Source: Minisyncoccota bacterium (GTDB lineage Bacteria > Patescibacteriota > Minisyncoccia > Phycocordibacterales > UBA9973). Taken from it: DNA of 64,000 nucleotides. Location of the stretch: positions 1,881 through 65,880 of the forward strand of contig JBAYHJ010000001.1 in the NCBI GenBank assembly GCA_041666225.1, written 5' to 3'. Numbering within the stretch: the stretch's first letter is position 1; the number at the start of each line of letters is the position of its first letter. The notes beneath the pieces were generated by a model. The model was not told the DNA's origin. It ran no database searches and was given only the letters and a program-made list of their open reading frames with translations. Made by a program: the position numbers and the translations under genes. Below are positions 1-7,956 of this stretch, piece after piece.

Positions 1-153
1 ATTAAGTCATCCATACTAAGAACATTAATGGATGAATCCCGCGCTGAGTTAATATAACTTTTAACCTCAGTTCCATTTCCTAGAAAGATAGGGTCCTGTT
101 TAACTATTTCGCTAAATTCCTTGATTTTTAAATTTGTTTTCATCTTTTTTGGT
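1..153 (-). CDS. hypothetical protein, N-terminal part (gene continues beyond window start)
   Basis: ATG at 153-151 on minus strand; translation MKTNLKIKEFSEIVKQDPIFLGNGTEVKSY... open to window edge; not recognisable as rpsN/rpsH. Confidence 0.4.
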
Positions 154-157
154 TTTA

Positions 158-210
158 TTGGTTTTCACAAAAGATAAACATTTATCTCCTCTGAAAACCA
201 ATAAAACCAA
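158..210. promoter_or_regulatory. perfect 19-bp inverted repeat (ttggttttattggttttca / tgaaaaccaataaaaccaa) with inner palindrome gataaacatttatc, in 5' leader of the minus-strand gene at 1..153
   Basis: read directly from sequence; related half-site ttggttttcaca recurs at 42344-42356 immediately upstream of another minus-strand ATG. Confidence 0.5.
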
Positions 211-275
211 ATATCAAAGGACTTAATTTCTGGTGGTATTATATCACACAAATAGCCATTTTGTCAACCCATATT

Positions 276-301
276 AAAAACCCTTATTTCTAAGGGTTTT
301 T
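276..301. terminator. intrinsic terminator hairpin aaaaaccctta-tttc-taagggttttt downstream of rplE (bidirectional)
   Basis: perfect GC-containing stem flanked by A/T runs. Confidence 0.7.
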
Positions 302-315
302 AATATTTTTAATTT

Positions 316-855
316 TTATTTCTTAAATGGTACACCGATAAGTTCAAAGAACTCTGTTGCTTCGGCTTTGGTTTTGGCTGTAGTCACAATTGTGACCGCT
401 AGACCAAAGACGTCTTTTAATTCTTCGTCACCTGTTTCGGGAAAGATTGTGTGCTCTTTAATACTCATTGTTAGATTTCCAATATTATCAACAATTTTCT
501 TATCAATACCGCGGAAATCTTTCGTTCGAGGAATAGCCACATTTATTAATTTATCTAAAAATCCATACATCCGTGCACCACGAAGTGTCACCATGACACC
601 AACTGGGTCCCCTAAACGAATCTTGAAAGAAGCAATTGATTTCTTTGCACTTTTTGTGGCAGGGCGTTGACCTGTAATCTTTGCAAGTCTTTCAAGCACA
701 AGTTTATTGTGATCTTTGTTTCTCTTTAGCCCTGAACCAGTACCACTTGCAATCACTACTTTCACCAAGCGAGGTGAAGCCATTACGTTTTTGTAGCCGT
801 ATTTACTCTTGAGTGCTGTATATGCTTTTTTTTCTTTTTGTTTAACTGTTTCCAT
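316..855 (-). CDS. rplE: 50S ribosomal protein L5
   Basis: 179 aa; L5 signature region (LERLAKITGQRP...GFLDKLINVAIPR); position after rplX. Confidence 0.9.
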   Translation of the reverse strand: METVKQKEKKAYTALKSKYGYKNVMASPRLVKVVIASGTGSGLKRNKDHNKLVLERLAKITGQRPATKSAKKSIASFKIRLGDPVGVMVTLRGARMYGFLDKLINVAIPRTKDFRGIDKKIVDNIGNLTMSIKEHTIFPETGDEELKDVFGLAVTIVTTAKTKAEATEFFELIGVPFKK

Positions 856-899
856 TGTATTTTAAATTCGTAATTCTTAATTCTTAATTCGTAATTACT

Positions 900-1118
900 T
901 TAGTCTCTTTTAGCAACATTTGATACGTGTATTGGCATTGCCATTTCTAAAATCTGACTGATATCGCCTTTCTTTTTAGCCTTGTGAGCTTTCTTTCTCA
1001 TGTTTACACCTTCAACAACCACTTTATTTTCGGCTGGCATAGCTCTTAGAACTTTACCTTTTTTGCCTTTGTTTGCTCCAGCGATAACTATTACATTGTC
1101 TCCTTTCTTAATCTTCAT
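900..1118 (-). CDS. rplX: 50S ribosomal protein L24
   Basis: 72 aa, KOW motif MKIKKGDNVIVIAG; operon position. Confidence 0.9.
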   Translation of the reverse strand: MKIKKGDNVIVIAGANKGKKGKVLRAMPAENKVVVEGVNMRKKAHKAKKKGDISQILEMAMPIHVSNVAKRD

Positions 1119-1160
1119 AGTATTTTAATTCTTAATTCGTAATTATTAATTCGTAATTAC

Positions 1161-1532
1161 TTATATAACTTCTTGGGCTAATGAAATAATTTTCTGATAC
1201 CCACGCTCTGCAAGCTCTCTTGGGATAGGACCAAATACGCGACCTCCTTTTGGATCAAGTTTATCTTTTTCGAGAATAACTACAGCATTGTCATCGAAAC
1301 GAATATAAGAACCATCTTTTCGGCGATATGACTTCACTGTTCGAACAACAACCGCTTGACAGACATCCTTTTTCTTAATTCCTTTTCTTGGTTCTGCTAC
1401 TTTAACAGATAAGATAACTTTATCACCAATACCAGCATAACGACGACGAGATGATCCAAGCACCTTGAAAATCTTTCCGATCTTTCCTCCGGCGTTGTCT
1501 GTGATATTTACAATTGTTCCATCTTGAATCAT
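1161..1532 (-). CDS. rplN: 50S ribosomal protein L14
   Basis: 123 aa MIQDGTIVNITDNAGGK... typical L14. Confidence 0.9.
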   Translation of the reverse strand: MIQDGTIVNITDNAGGKIGKIFKVLGSSRRRYAGIGDKVILSVKVAEPRKGIKKKDVCQAVVVRTVKSYRRKDGSYIRFDDNAVVILEKDKLDPKGGRVFGPIPRELAERGYQKIISLAQEVI

Positions 1533-1539
1533 ATAATTA

Positions 1540-1785
1540 TTATGCTATTACTTTAAAATGCTTATCTTTTGAAATAGGTTTTGTTTCTTCTATTTCGACA
1601 ACATCCCCTATCTTTTTAATATTCTCTTCATCATGTGCCTTGTATTTCTTTGTTTTCTTTATACGTTTACCATACTTTTTGTGTTCAACGAAGCGAGTAA
1701 CCTTAACAACAATAGTTTTATCCATTTTGTCTGAAGTAACTACTCCTTTTAAAATTTTATTTGTTTTTTTGATTTTTGTTTCCAT
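1540..1785 (-). CDS. rpsQ: 30S ribosomal protein S17
   Basis: 81 aa; S17 OB-fold pattern ([17 protein letters not shown]...YKAHDEEN). Confidence 0.85.
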   Translation of the reverse strand: METKIKKTNKILKGVVTSDKMDKTIVVKVTRFVEHKKYGKRIKKTKKYKAHDEENIKKIGDVVEIEETKPISKDKHFKVIA

Positions 1786-1795
1786 AATGATTAGT

Positions 1796-1872
1796 TAATC
1801 AAGTTATAAAGTTTTTAAAGTTGAAAGTAATTTCTTCTTTATAACTTTATGAACTTTTTACTTTATAACTTC
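1796..1872. repeat. MITE-like ~75-bp element copy 1 with terminal inverted repeats AGTTATAAAG / CTTTATAACT; occupies the rplP-rpsQ spacer where rpmC (L29) normally lies
   Basis: near-identical copies at 3438..3511 and 10861..10949, all in same orientation. Confidence 0.7.
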
Positions 1873-1873
1873 G

Positions 1874-2290
1874 TTATCTAGCAACTACGCGAGTAGTAAC
1901 TGGTAATTTTGTTCCTGCTTTACGAAGAGCTTCTTTGGCTGTCGCTTCAGGAACACCATCAACTTCAAATATTATTCGGCCTGGGCGAACATCTAGACAG
2001 TATCCTTGTGGATCTCCTTTACCTTTTCCCATTCCTACTTCAGCTGGCTTTGCTGTAAAAGGTCGGTCAGGAAAAATTCTAATCCACATTCTACCAGTCT
2101 TTCCAAGTGTTCTTGAAGTAACCTTACGTGCTGATTCTATCTGATTTGCGCGGACACGTCCACCACTTGTGGCTTTGAGGCCATATGATCCAAAAGCCAC
2201 TGTAATACCTCGAGTATCAGGAGTAACCTTAGTCATATCAGTACGACCTGTTTGCCATTTTCTAAATTTTACTTTCTTTGGTGTTAACAT
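1874..2290 (-). CDS. rplP: 50S ribosomal protein L16
   Basis: 138 aa MLTPKKVKFRKWQTGR... canonical L16. Confidence 0.9.
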   Translation of the reverse strand: MLTPKKVKFRKWQTGRTDMTKVTPDTRGITVAFGSYGLKATSGGRVRANQIESARKVTSRTLGKTGRMWIRIFPDRPFTAKPAEVGMGKGKGDPQGYCLDVRPGRIIFEVDGVPEATAKEALRKAGTKLPVTTRVVAR

Positions 2291-2298
2291 AAAATATT

Positions 2299-2991
2299 TT
2301 AATTACTTTTATCATTTCTACTTGTTGAAGTAGCAGTAGGAGCAGAAAAGACTTCTCCACGATATATCCAAACTTTAATACCAATATCTCCATAACTCAT
2401 ATGAGCCTTTTCACGAGCAAAATCAACATCAGCGCGGAATGTTTGAAGTGGAATTGAACCACGTTTGATTTGTTCACTTCGAGCAATTTCGGCTCCACCC
2501 AAACGGCCTCCCAAGTAAATACGCGCTCCTTTTACTCCTCGAGCTGACATTACTTTTTCAATAGCTTGTTTGATAACACGACGATATGGTAGACGTTTTT
2601 CAAGACCTTCGGCAATAGAGCAAGCCACAATAGCTGCATCAGCATCTGGATTTGTAACTTCAAGAATATCAAATTTAAAATCTTCAGGAATTGCAATACC
2701 TTTTCGATTTAGGGTGTTTACCATCTCAGTCTTTAGTTTACTAACACCTTCACCTGAACGGCCAATAATCATACCTGGACGAGAAGTATAAACCATTATT
2801 CGTGTAGCTTTTACACTTCTTTCAATTTCAATACGAGAAATATAAAAACCTCGTAGTTTCTTTGTTAAAAATTCACGAATAACTACATCACTTTGTAAAA
2901 GAGTTTTGTATTTTTTATCAGCAAACCAGCGTGATTTCCAATCGCGGAGGGTTACTAGTCTATGAGCATATGGGTGAACTACTTTTGACAT
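2299..2991 (-). CDS. rpsC: 30S ribosomal protein S3
   Basis: 230 aa, KH + S3 C-terminal domain (GRLGGAEIARSE). Confidence 0.9.
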   Translation of the reverse strand: MSKVVHPYAHRLVTLRDWKSRWFADKKYKTLLQSDVVIREFLTKKLRGFYISRIEIERSVKATRIMVYTSRPGMIIGRSGEGVSKLKTEMVNTLNRKGIAIPEDFKFDILEVTNPDADAAIVACSIAEGLEKRLPYRRVIKQAIEKVMSARGVKGARIYLGGRLGGAEIARSEQIKRGSIPLQTFRADVDFAREKAHMSYGDIGIKVWIYRGEVFSAPTATSTSRNDKSN

Positions 2992-2997
2992 AAATAA

Positions 2998-3429
2998 TTA
3001 AGCTTTTGTTTCTTTAGTTTTTTCCGACTTTTTAACTTTTGATTTAATTGCTTTTTTTTCTACTTTTTCAGCCTTTTTAACAGTTTTTACTTTTTTAGCT
3101 TCAACTCCTTTTTCTATAAGAGTAAGCATGACATGACTTGTACGCTTATTTATACGAGATGCCGATCCACGAGCACGAGGCATACTACGCTTTAAAACGA
3201 TACCCTTATTTACTGTTACATTTTCAACATATAGGCCTTCCACTGCAATACCAGCTTGTTTTGCGTTTGCAATAGCTGAAGCGAGAAGTGTCTGGACTGG
3301 GCCAGAGGCTCTCTTTGGTAATGTATCAAGAATTAGAATTGCATCAGCAACCCTTTTGCTTTTGATTAGTTCCGCTACAAGGCGAACCTTGCGGGGGGAC
3401 TGTCTGTAGTTTTTAAGAAATGCTTTCAT
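2998..3429 (-). CDS. rplV: 50S ribosomal protein L22 with Lys-rich C-terminal extension
   Basis: 143 aa; L22 core MKAFLKNYRQSPRKVRLVAELIK. Confidence 0.85.
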   Translation of the reverse strand: MKAFLKNYRQSPRKVRLVAELIKSKRVADAILILDTLPKRASGPVQTLLASAIANAKQAGIAVEGLYVENVTVNKGIVLKRSMPRARGSASRINKRTSHVMLTLIEKGVEAKKVKTVKKAEKVEKKAIKSKVKKSEKTKETKA

Positions 3430-3437
3430 GATTTAGT

Positions 3438-3511
3438 TTATCAAGTTGTAAAGTTTTTAAAGTTGAAAGTAAATTCTTCTTTATAACTTTATGAACTTTC
3501 TACTTTATAAC
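3438..3511. repeat. MITE-like element copy 2 (rpsS-rplV spacer)
   Basis: tatcaagttgtaaagtttttaaagttgaaagtaaattcttctttataactttatgaactttctactttataactt, ~90% identical to 1796..1872. Confidence 0.7.
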
Positions 3512-3856
3512 TTACTTCTTCTTGGAATCAACTGCGGCCTTGGCTGATTTTGATGCGGTAATTTCGGCTTCTTTCTTCTTCATTTCTAATTCTTTCTGCA
3601 TCTTACCTCCGTGTCGGACAAATTTTCGTGTAAGTGAGAATTCTCCAAGTCTGTGTCCTACCATATCTTCACTTACTAGTACTTCTACGTGGGTCTTTCC
3701 GTTGTGAACACCAAAGACAAATCCAACCATTTCTGGGGAGATTTGACAGGCTCTTGCCCAAGTCTTAATCATCCCTGTTTCAATAGGTTTTTTACCGGCA
3801 ATCTTTTTTAATAGCCTTTCATCAACGTATGGACCTTTTTTAAGTGATCGTGTCAT
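3512..3856 (-). CDS. rpsS: 30S ribosomal protein S19 with Lys-rich C-terminal tail
   Basis: 114 aa; S19 core [15 protein letters not shown]. Confidence 0.85.
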   Translation of the reverse strand: MTRSLKKGPYVDERLLKKIAGKKPIETGMIKTWARACQISPEMVGFVFGVHNGKTHVEVLVSEDMVGHRLGEFSLTRKFVRHGGKMQKELEMKKKEAEITASKSAKAAVDSKKK

Positions 3857-3931
3857 ATTGTATAAATATAAATAAGCTCTTTTGAGCTCGTGGAATTCAT
3901 GTTAACAAATATAAGATAGAGAGTCAAGTGT

Positions 3932-4342
3932 TTACAAAAACACTACTATTTTCGGCAAAAAGATTATTATCCCTATAACACCAGCCACTATTACAGATAT
4001 TAGAACTGCTCCTGCAGCTACGTCTTTTGTGTCTTTTGCATAGGGGTGAAAAGTAGGAGAAGTTAAGTCAATATCAATCTCAAAAGCGGTATTTAGTGCT
4101 TCAGCAATAATGACTAGACCTATCGAGAAAATTATCATTACCCATTCAATATTTGATATTTTCAAAATAAAACCTAAATAAATAGCCAATATCGCAAAAA
4201 ATATATGAGCCCAGGAGTTGTGAGTAGACCGAATAAAAATACCCAATCCTCGCCATGCATTTCTTGTGCTTTTCAATCTAGCCACAATTGAAAATCTTTT
4301 CTTCTCTGATATTTTTTTATCCATTTTCCTATTATACATCAA
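3932..4342 (-). CDS. dgkA: diacylglycerol/undecaprenol kinase (DgkA family) membrane protein
   Basis: 136 aa, 3 TM helices, DgkA motifs RNAWRGL...HNSWAH and AEALNTAFEIDIDL. Confidence 0.7.
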   Translation of the reverse strand: MMYNRKMDKKISEKKRFSIVARLKSTRNAWRGLGIFIRSTHNSWAHIFFAILAIYLGFILKISNIEWVMIIFSIGLVIIAEALNTAFEIDIDLTSPTFHPYAKDTKDVAAGAVLISVIVAGVIGIIIFLPKIVVFL

Positions 4343-4384
4343 AAAAGCCCCAACCGTAGTCGGGGTATTGATATTTTAATGGGA

Positions 4385-5131
4385 TTAAGTTATTCTTTTT
4401 TTTCTAGCTGGTGTAAGACGATTAACTGTCCACACGATTAAACTTGCTATAATAATTCCAGCCGATCCGAAATAAAAAAAGAAAATGGAGGAAGGGATTA
4501 TTAAATAAAAGAACACAAACAACAAAGCAATAATCATTCCCCCTGATATTCGCCGGGCAATTTTCTCTATGTCGTCAAAAGAAAGAATTAAACAAGCATT
4601 TACAATTGGAATAGCAAGTATTATCCAACAAAATGTCACCAATGTTATATTTTCTTTTGGCGATCCAAAATATAACCACACTAATTCTATTACAGACAAT
4701 ACAATTAACATCGCTGCCAAAACAAGACTCCGCGTTGAATTGTTTTTAACAACAAACCCCCAATAAAGAAATATAATAAACAACACTACCCCAGCCATTG
4801 ATGAATCTCCCATTGAAGAAGAAATATCCTTAGCGAACTGAGTACTTACTGGTACATTTTTGTGAAGTTTTTCATTGTATAACAGCCCGGCGCCTTGTAC
4901 AGAATCTATCTTTAAATTGCCTTTATAATGAATAGATTCTTTGTGGAATAAAATGGTAAGCCCATTTTTGTAAGCTAGATCATTCTGTTCCGGAGTTGCG
5001 TCTTTGTAGGCAACTGAATCTGGAGTAATCGATTTATAACTCGATCCCTCCGATGAGGAAGACGTATTGTTTTTGAAGTATAAAAATACTCCCAAAGACA
5101 ATATCAGGGTAATTAAAAAAAGATTTTTCAT
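4385..5131 (-). CDS. membrane protein, signal peptide/N-terminal anchor plus C-terminal multi-TM domain
   Basis: 248 aa, hydrophobic N-terminus and 4-5 predicted TM segments. Confidence 0.55.
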   Translation of the reverse strand: MKNLFLITLILSLGVFLYFKNNTSSSSEGSSYKSITPDSVAYKDATPEQNDLAYKNGLTILFHKESIHYKGNLKIDSVQGAGLLYNEKLHKNVPVSTQFAKDISSSMGDSSMAGVVLFIIFLYWGFVVKNNSTRSLVLAAMLIVLSVIELVWLYFGSPKENITLVTFCWIILAIPIVNACLILSFDDIEKIARRISGGMIIALLFVFFYLIIPSSIFFFYFGSAGIIIASLIVWTVNRLTPARKKRIT

Positions 5132-5436
5132 GGTTTATTTTTTTAAAATGTTTGCCTTTAGATTACTCCTCATAAAACTTTTGTCAACCACATGATTTTG
5201 ATATATAATGAATTTAAATATTCTTTAAAAATTGTTTTTCTGTCAGACCGCACAAGGTTGAATCAGGTAAAAACTCTAACCAGAGCTTCGTGTCTTTGAC
5301 ACTTAAAGCTATCCTACTAACTGAATCCAAATTTTTTGGTTTCATAACACTTATCAAAGTATTGTCTTAATACTTTTGCTTAAACTAAAAACTTGTATAA
5401 GTATGAATGAAAAACTAAAAAGACAAAAAAGGGAAA

Positions 5437-5781
5437 TTGCACGGCTTCAAAAATAGAGCAGGTTGGAACGATGAACATCATATTAAAACACCTTGTTCAA
5501 GAGGTGGTGAAACAATCGATTCAAATTTACTTTTAATTGATGTCTACCGTCACGATGCGTGGCATTTACTTTTTAGTAATCAAACATTGCGCGAAATAAT
5601 TGCACACCTAAAAAACTACTGTAGCACTAAAGATTTTTTGCTTTCAGTTAACAATTACTATAAGCACCCTGCTTTTCGTTTACTATTTGGGAGTAAACCA
5701 CTAAACGAAATAATAGCATTACTACTAAGAATACAACATGCAAAAGATTCGCAACGAATTAGAATAAAACTAGCTGCATAA
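5437..5781 (+). CDS. hypothetical protein with internal duplicated motif (LLFSNQTLREIIAHL / LLFGSKPLNEIIALL); TTG start
   Basis: ORF-track entry begins at TTG; plausible -35/-10 (ttgtcaa..N17..tatataat) at ~5176-5210; hairpin terminator 5787-5816. Confidence 0.3.
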   Translation: MHGFKNRAGWNDEHHIKTPCSRGGETIDSNLLLIDVYRHDAWHLLFSNQTLREIIAHLKNYCSTKDFLLSVNNYYKHPAFRLLFGSKPLNEIIALLLRIQHAKDSQRIRIKLAA

Positions 5782-5819
5782 AATTAAAAGTCGTTCTGGA
5801 AACAGAACGACTTTTTAGT

Positions 5820-6548
5820 TTACCGAAGCCTTGCTTCGGTAGGTTCTATTTCTTCTATCTCTAACCATTCAAATATTTCTTTCTTGAAAATATTTGGGTC
5901 CTCAAAATAATCAGGGAATTTCTCTTTATTTAAAATCAAATTTTCTGGTCTTTTAGATAAAAGATAATCATTATAACTACTCCATTTGTATGAATTAAGA
6001 AAATTAATAGCTTCTGTTTTATTATTTATCCCTACTTCCTTCCAGTCAGATTGAATCAATTTAATAGGATTTAAGTGTATATATGAAAATAAATATTTTG
6101 CTTGTATTTCATCTTCAATATGAATAGATTTAAATTTACCTTCAAATAAAGACCCTGTTCTGTTATGTTTTTTATTAAAATATTTTGCATATGCGGTACA
6201 GAGTTTTCCCATAAATTCAGTTATATTATTCCTCTCTTCATCTTTCCCATTAGACCTACCGAAGCCTTGCTTCGGTAAAGCTATTAAATACAAGTGGAAA
6301 TGGTTGGGCATCAGTACCCATGCACCAATAGCTACTAACTGGTCCCCCCTTTCAAAATCCCAAGCACTTATTTTGGGTTGAATGATATCATCTTTAAAAT
6401 TAATTCCTTTGGTTGAATTACAAAGAAATAAAAGCTTGATAAAGCGATCTCTATCTTCATCATCAAGAAAGATTATTTGTTTATTGTTTCCTCTATTGTA
6501 AATATGATAATATTCACCATCCACAAGTGGAACTTTTCTTAAAGACAT
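5820..6548 (-). CDS. REP-associated tyrosine transposase (RAYT, IS200/IS605 TnpA-like HuH-Y1), copy 1
   Basis: 242 aa; N-terminal YHIYNRGNNKQIIF, HuH motif LMPNHFHLYL, C-terminal WSSY...Y motif; flanked and interrupted by REP1 palindromes. Confidence 0.8.
   Translation of the reverse strand: MSLRKVPLVDGEYYHIYNRGNNKQIIFLDDEDRDRFIKLLFLCNSTKGINFKDDIIQPKISAWDFERGDQLVAIGAWVLMPNHFHLYLIALPKQGFGRSNGKDEERNNITEFMGKLCTAYAKYFNKKHNRTGSLFEGKFKSIHIEDEIQAKYLFSYIHLNPIKLIQSDWKEVGINNKTEAINFLNSYKWSSYNDYLLSKRPENLILNKEKFPDYFEDPNIFKKEIFEWLEIEEIEPTEARLR
5821..5841. repeat. REP1 palindrome taccgaagccttgcttcggta (copy a)
   Basis: perfect 8-bp arms; copies at 6256..6276, 6573..6593, 24612..24632. Confidence 0.8.
6256..6276. 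repeat. REP1 palindrome (copy b), located in-frame inside the RAYT-1 ORF (translates LPKQGFGRS)
   Basis: sequence identity to other REP1 copies. Confidence 0.8.
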
Positions 6549-6572
6549 ATATTACATTATACTACAAAGGTT

Positions 6573-6593
6573 TACCGAAGCAAGGCTTCGGTG
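6573..6593. repeat. REP1 palindrome (copy c, loop inverted: taccgaagcaaggcttcggtg)
   Basis: sequence. Confidence 0.75.
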
Positions 6594-6641
6594 GATATCT
6601 CGTTTCCCATGATTTTTTATTAAGTTAATTTTAATACCTTA

Positions 6642-6671
6642 ATAATACCCCCCCCCGAAAAATGAAGTCAG
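6642..6671 (-). promoter_or_regulatory. putative sigma70-like promoter with 9-nt poly-G in spacer (minus strand: ctgact-N18 incl. G9-tattat) upstream of RAYT-1
   Basis: C9 tract at 6648..6656 on plus strand; same architecture at 7748..7777, 23865..23895, 25464..25494. Confidence 0.45.
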
Positions 6672-6677
6672 CACATC

Positions 6678-6703
6678 AAAAAATACCCTTGCGGGTATTT
6701 TTT
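6678..6703. terminator. hairpin terminator aaaaaataccc-ttgc-gggtatttttt (duplicate of the rplB terminator at 7825..7851)
   Basis: sequence. Confidence 0.65.
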
Positions 6704-6760
6704 GATGATAGATTTTATATTTTTTTCTAAAATTATTTTGCTTTTCCAACTTTTCGGCGG

Positions 6761-6893
6761 GAGACAATCCACATGTTTGAGTATTTCTTTGGTGTTCTTG
6801 TCTTCTGTCCTTTTCCTGTTGGTTTACCCCACATACTTTTGGCTCGGCGTAGTCCGCGTCCTTGGCGTCCTTCACCTCCGCCGTGGAAACTCG
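6761..6893 (-). pseudogene. duplicated 3' fragment of rplB (encodes ...GGGEGRQGRGLRRAKSMWGKPTGKGQKTRTPKKYSNMWIVSRRK), no start codon
   Basis: near-identical to 7984..8116 of the intact rplB; the overlapping ORF-track entry 6639..6944 is in a different frame and judged spurious. Confidence 0.75.
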
Positions 6894-7016
6894 CAATAAC
6901 GGTTCATTAGAATTCCTTAATATATTATGAGATAAAACAAGCAAAAACGGTTATTTTAGAAAGATTACAAACAAAAAGCAACCACCTTAATCACAGTTAC
7001 ACTAAGATTATATTAA

Positions 7017-7745
7017 TTAATATTTATGTTTATTTTTTTTATTGGCAAGATCACCACGTAAATTTTCTATTAAATAAGTTGATTTGCCTGATTTTTCATT
7101 ATTTTTTTCGTATTTTATTGCTAATTTATCAAACATCTCTTCATTTTCGTCATCTACTGCTTTATAAAGTGCCCTGGAAATATATTTGTCTTCTAAGTGT
7201 AAATGAGCATTTTCAAGAGACCATGTTCTTTCAATTAAATTTTTACCAACAGCTTCATCGAGAATATTTTTTACTTTCCTTTCATCAAATTTTATACCAA
7301 GTTCAATTGCCCTTTCTGCCCAGCAATATAAATTAAACGGTGTTTTATAATCATGTCCCTCCTTTTCTTTTTTATAGAGTTCAATAAAATCATTAATATA
7401 TCCCAATATTTCAATAGGATCATTTACTCTATATTCTTTTGATTCTTTTATTACTTCTAGTAAAAAAGCGTCAACGTCCTCACTTTTTAACTGACCTACT
7501 TTTTCTTGAGTTCCATCTTTAATAATCTTACTTTTTTCATTAAATTCTCTATTTTCTATCTCTGCCTCATCTCGAACATTTTCAGATTCTTGAGCAAGAT
7601 TATTAAGCTCAAAATAAGCCTCCCTTGCATCTTTCCCCCCCGCCTCAATTTTTTCTTGAGTAGCTATTGTTCTTTTATTTAAATCCTCTGCATTAGTAAA
7701 ATTTTCCATATAAATATTCAAAAATATTATTAATAATATACACAT
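7017..7745 (-). CDS. hypothetical acidic/Lys-rich protein (likely true start MENFTNAEDL at ~7711)
   Basis: 242-aa ORF; driven by poly-G promoter 7748..7777; contains an internal G7 tract at ~7626-7632. Confidence 0.55.
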   Translation of the reverse strand: MCILLIIFLNIYMENFTNAEDLNKRTIATQEKIEAGGKDAREAYFELNNLAQESENVRDEAEIENREFNEKSKIIKDGTQEKVGQLKSEDVDAFLLEVIKESKEYRVNDPIEILGYINDFIELYKKEKEGHDYKTPFNLYCWAERAIELGIKFDERKVKNILDEAVGKNLIERTWSLENAHLHLEDKYISRALYKAVDDENEEMFDKLAIKYEKNNEKSGKSTYLIENLRGDLANKKNKHKY

Positions 7746-7747
7746 CT

Positions 7748-7777
7748 ATAGTACCCCCCCCAGACATACATTGTCAA
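7748..7777 (-). promoter_or_regulatory. putative poly-G spacer promoter (minus strand ttgaca-N18 incl. G8-tactat)
   Basis: C8 tract 7754..7761 on plus strand. Confidence 0.45.
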
Positions 7778-7824
7778 TAAAGATAAAAATATAAAAAACT
7801 ATCAAACCAACTTTTTTAAAAAAC

Positions 7825-7851
7825 AAAAAATACCCTTTCGGGTATTTTTTG
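7825..7851. terminator. hairpin terminator downstream of rplB (aaaaaataccc-tttc-gggtatttttt)
   Basis: sequence. Confidence 0.65.
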
Positions 7852-7956
7852 TTGATAGAGTTTTTTATTTTTAAGGCTATTTTGCTTTTCCCTGCCCGCC
7901 CTCGTGTACTCGGGAGCAGGCGGGCAACTTTTCGTTCTATTTGATATGACTAAATA

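Noticed and set aside
6639-6944. 101-aa ORF
   Set aside because: It overlaps the duplicated rplB fragment in a different frame and is explained by the pseudogene copy.
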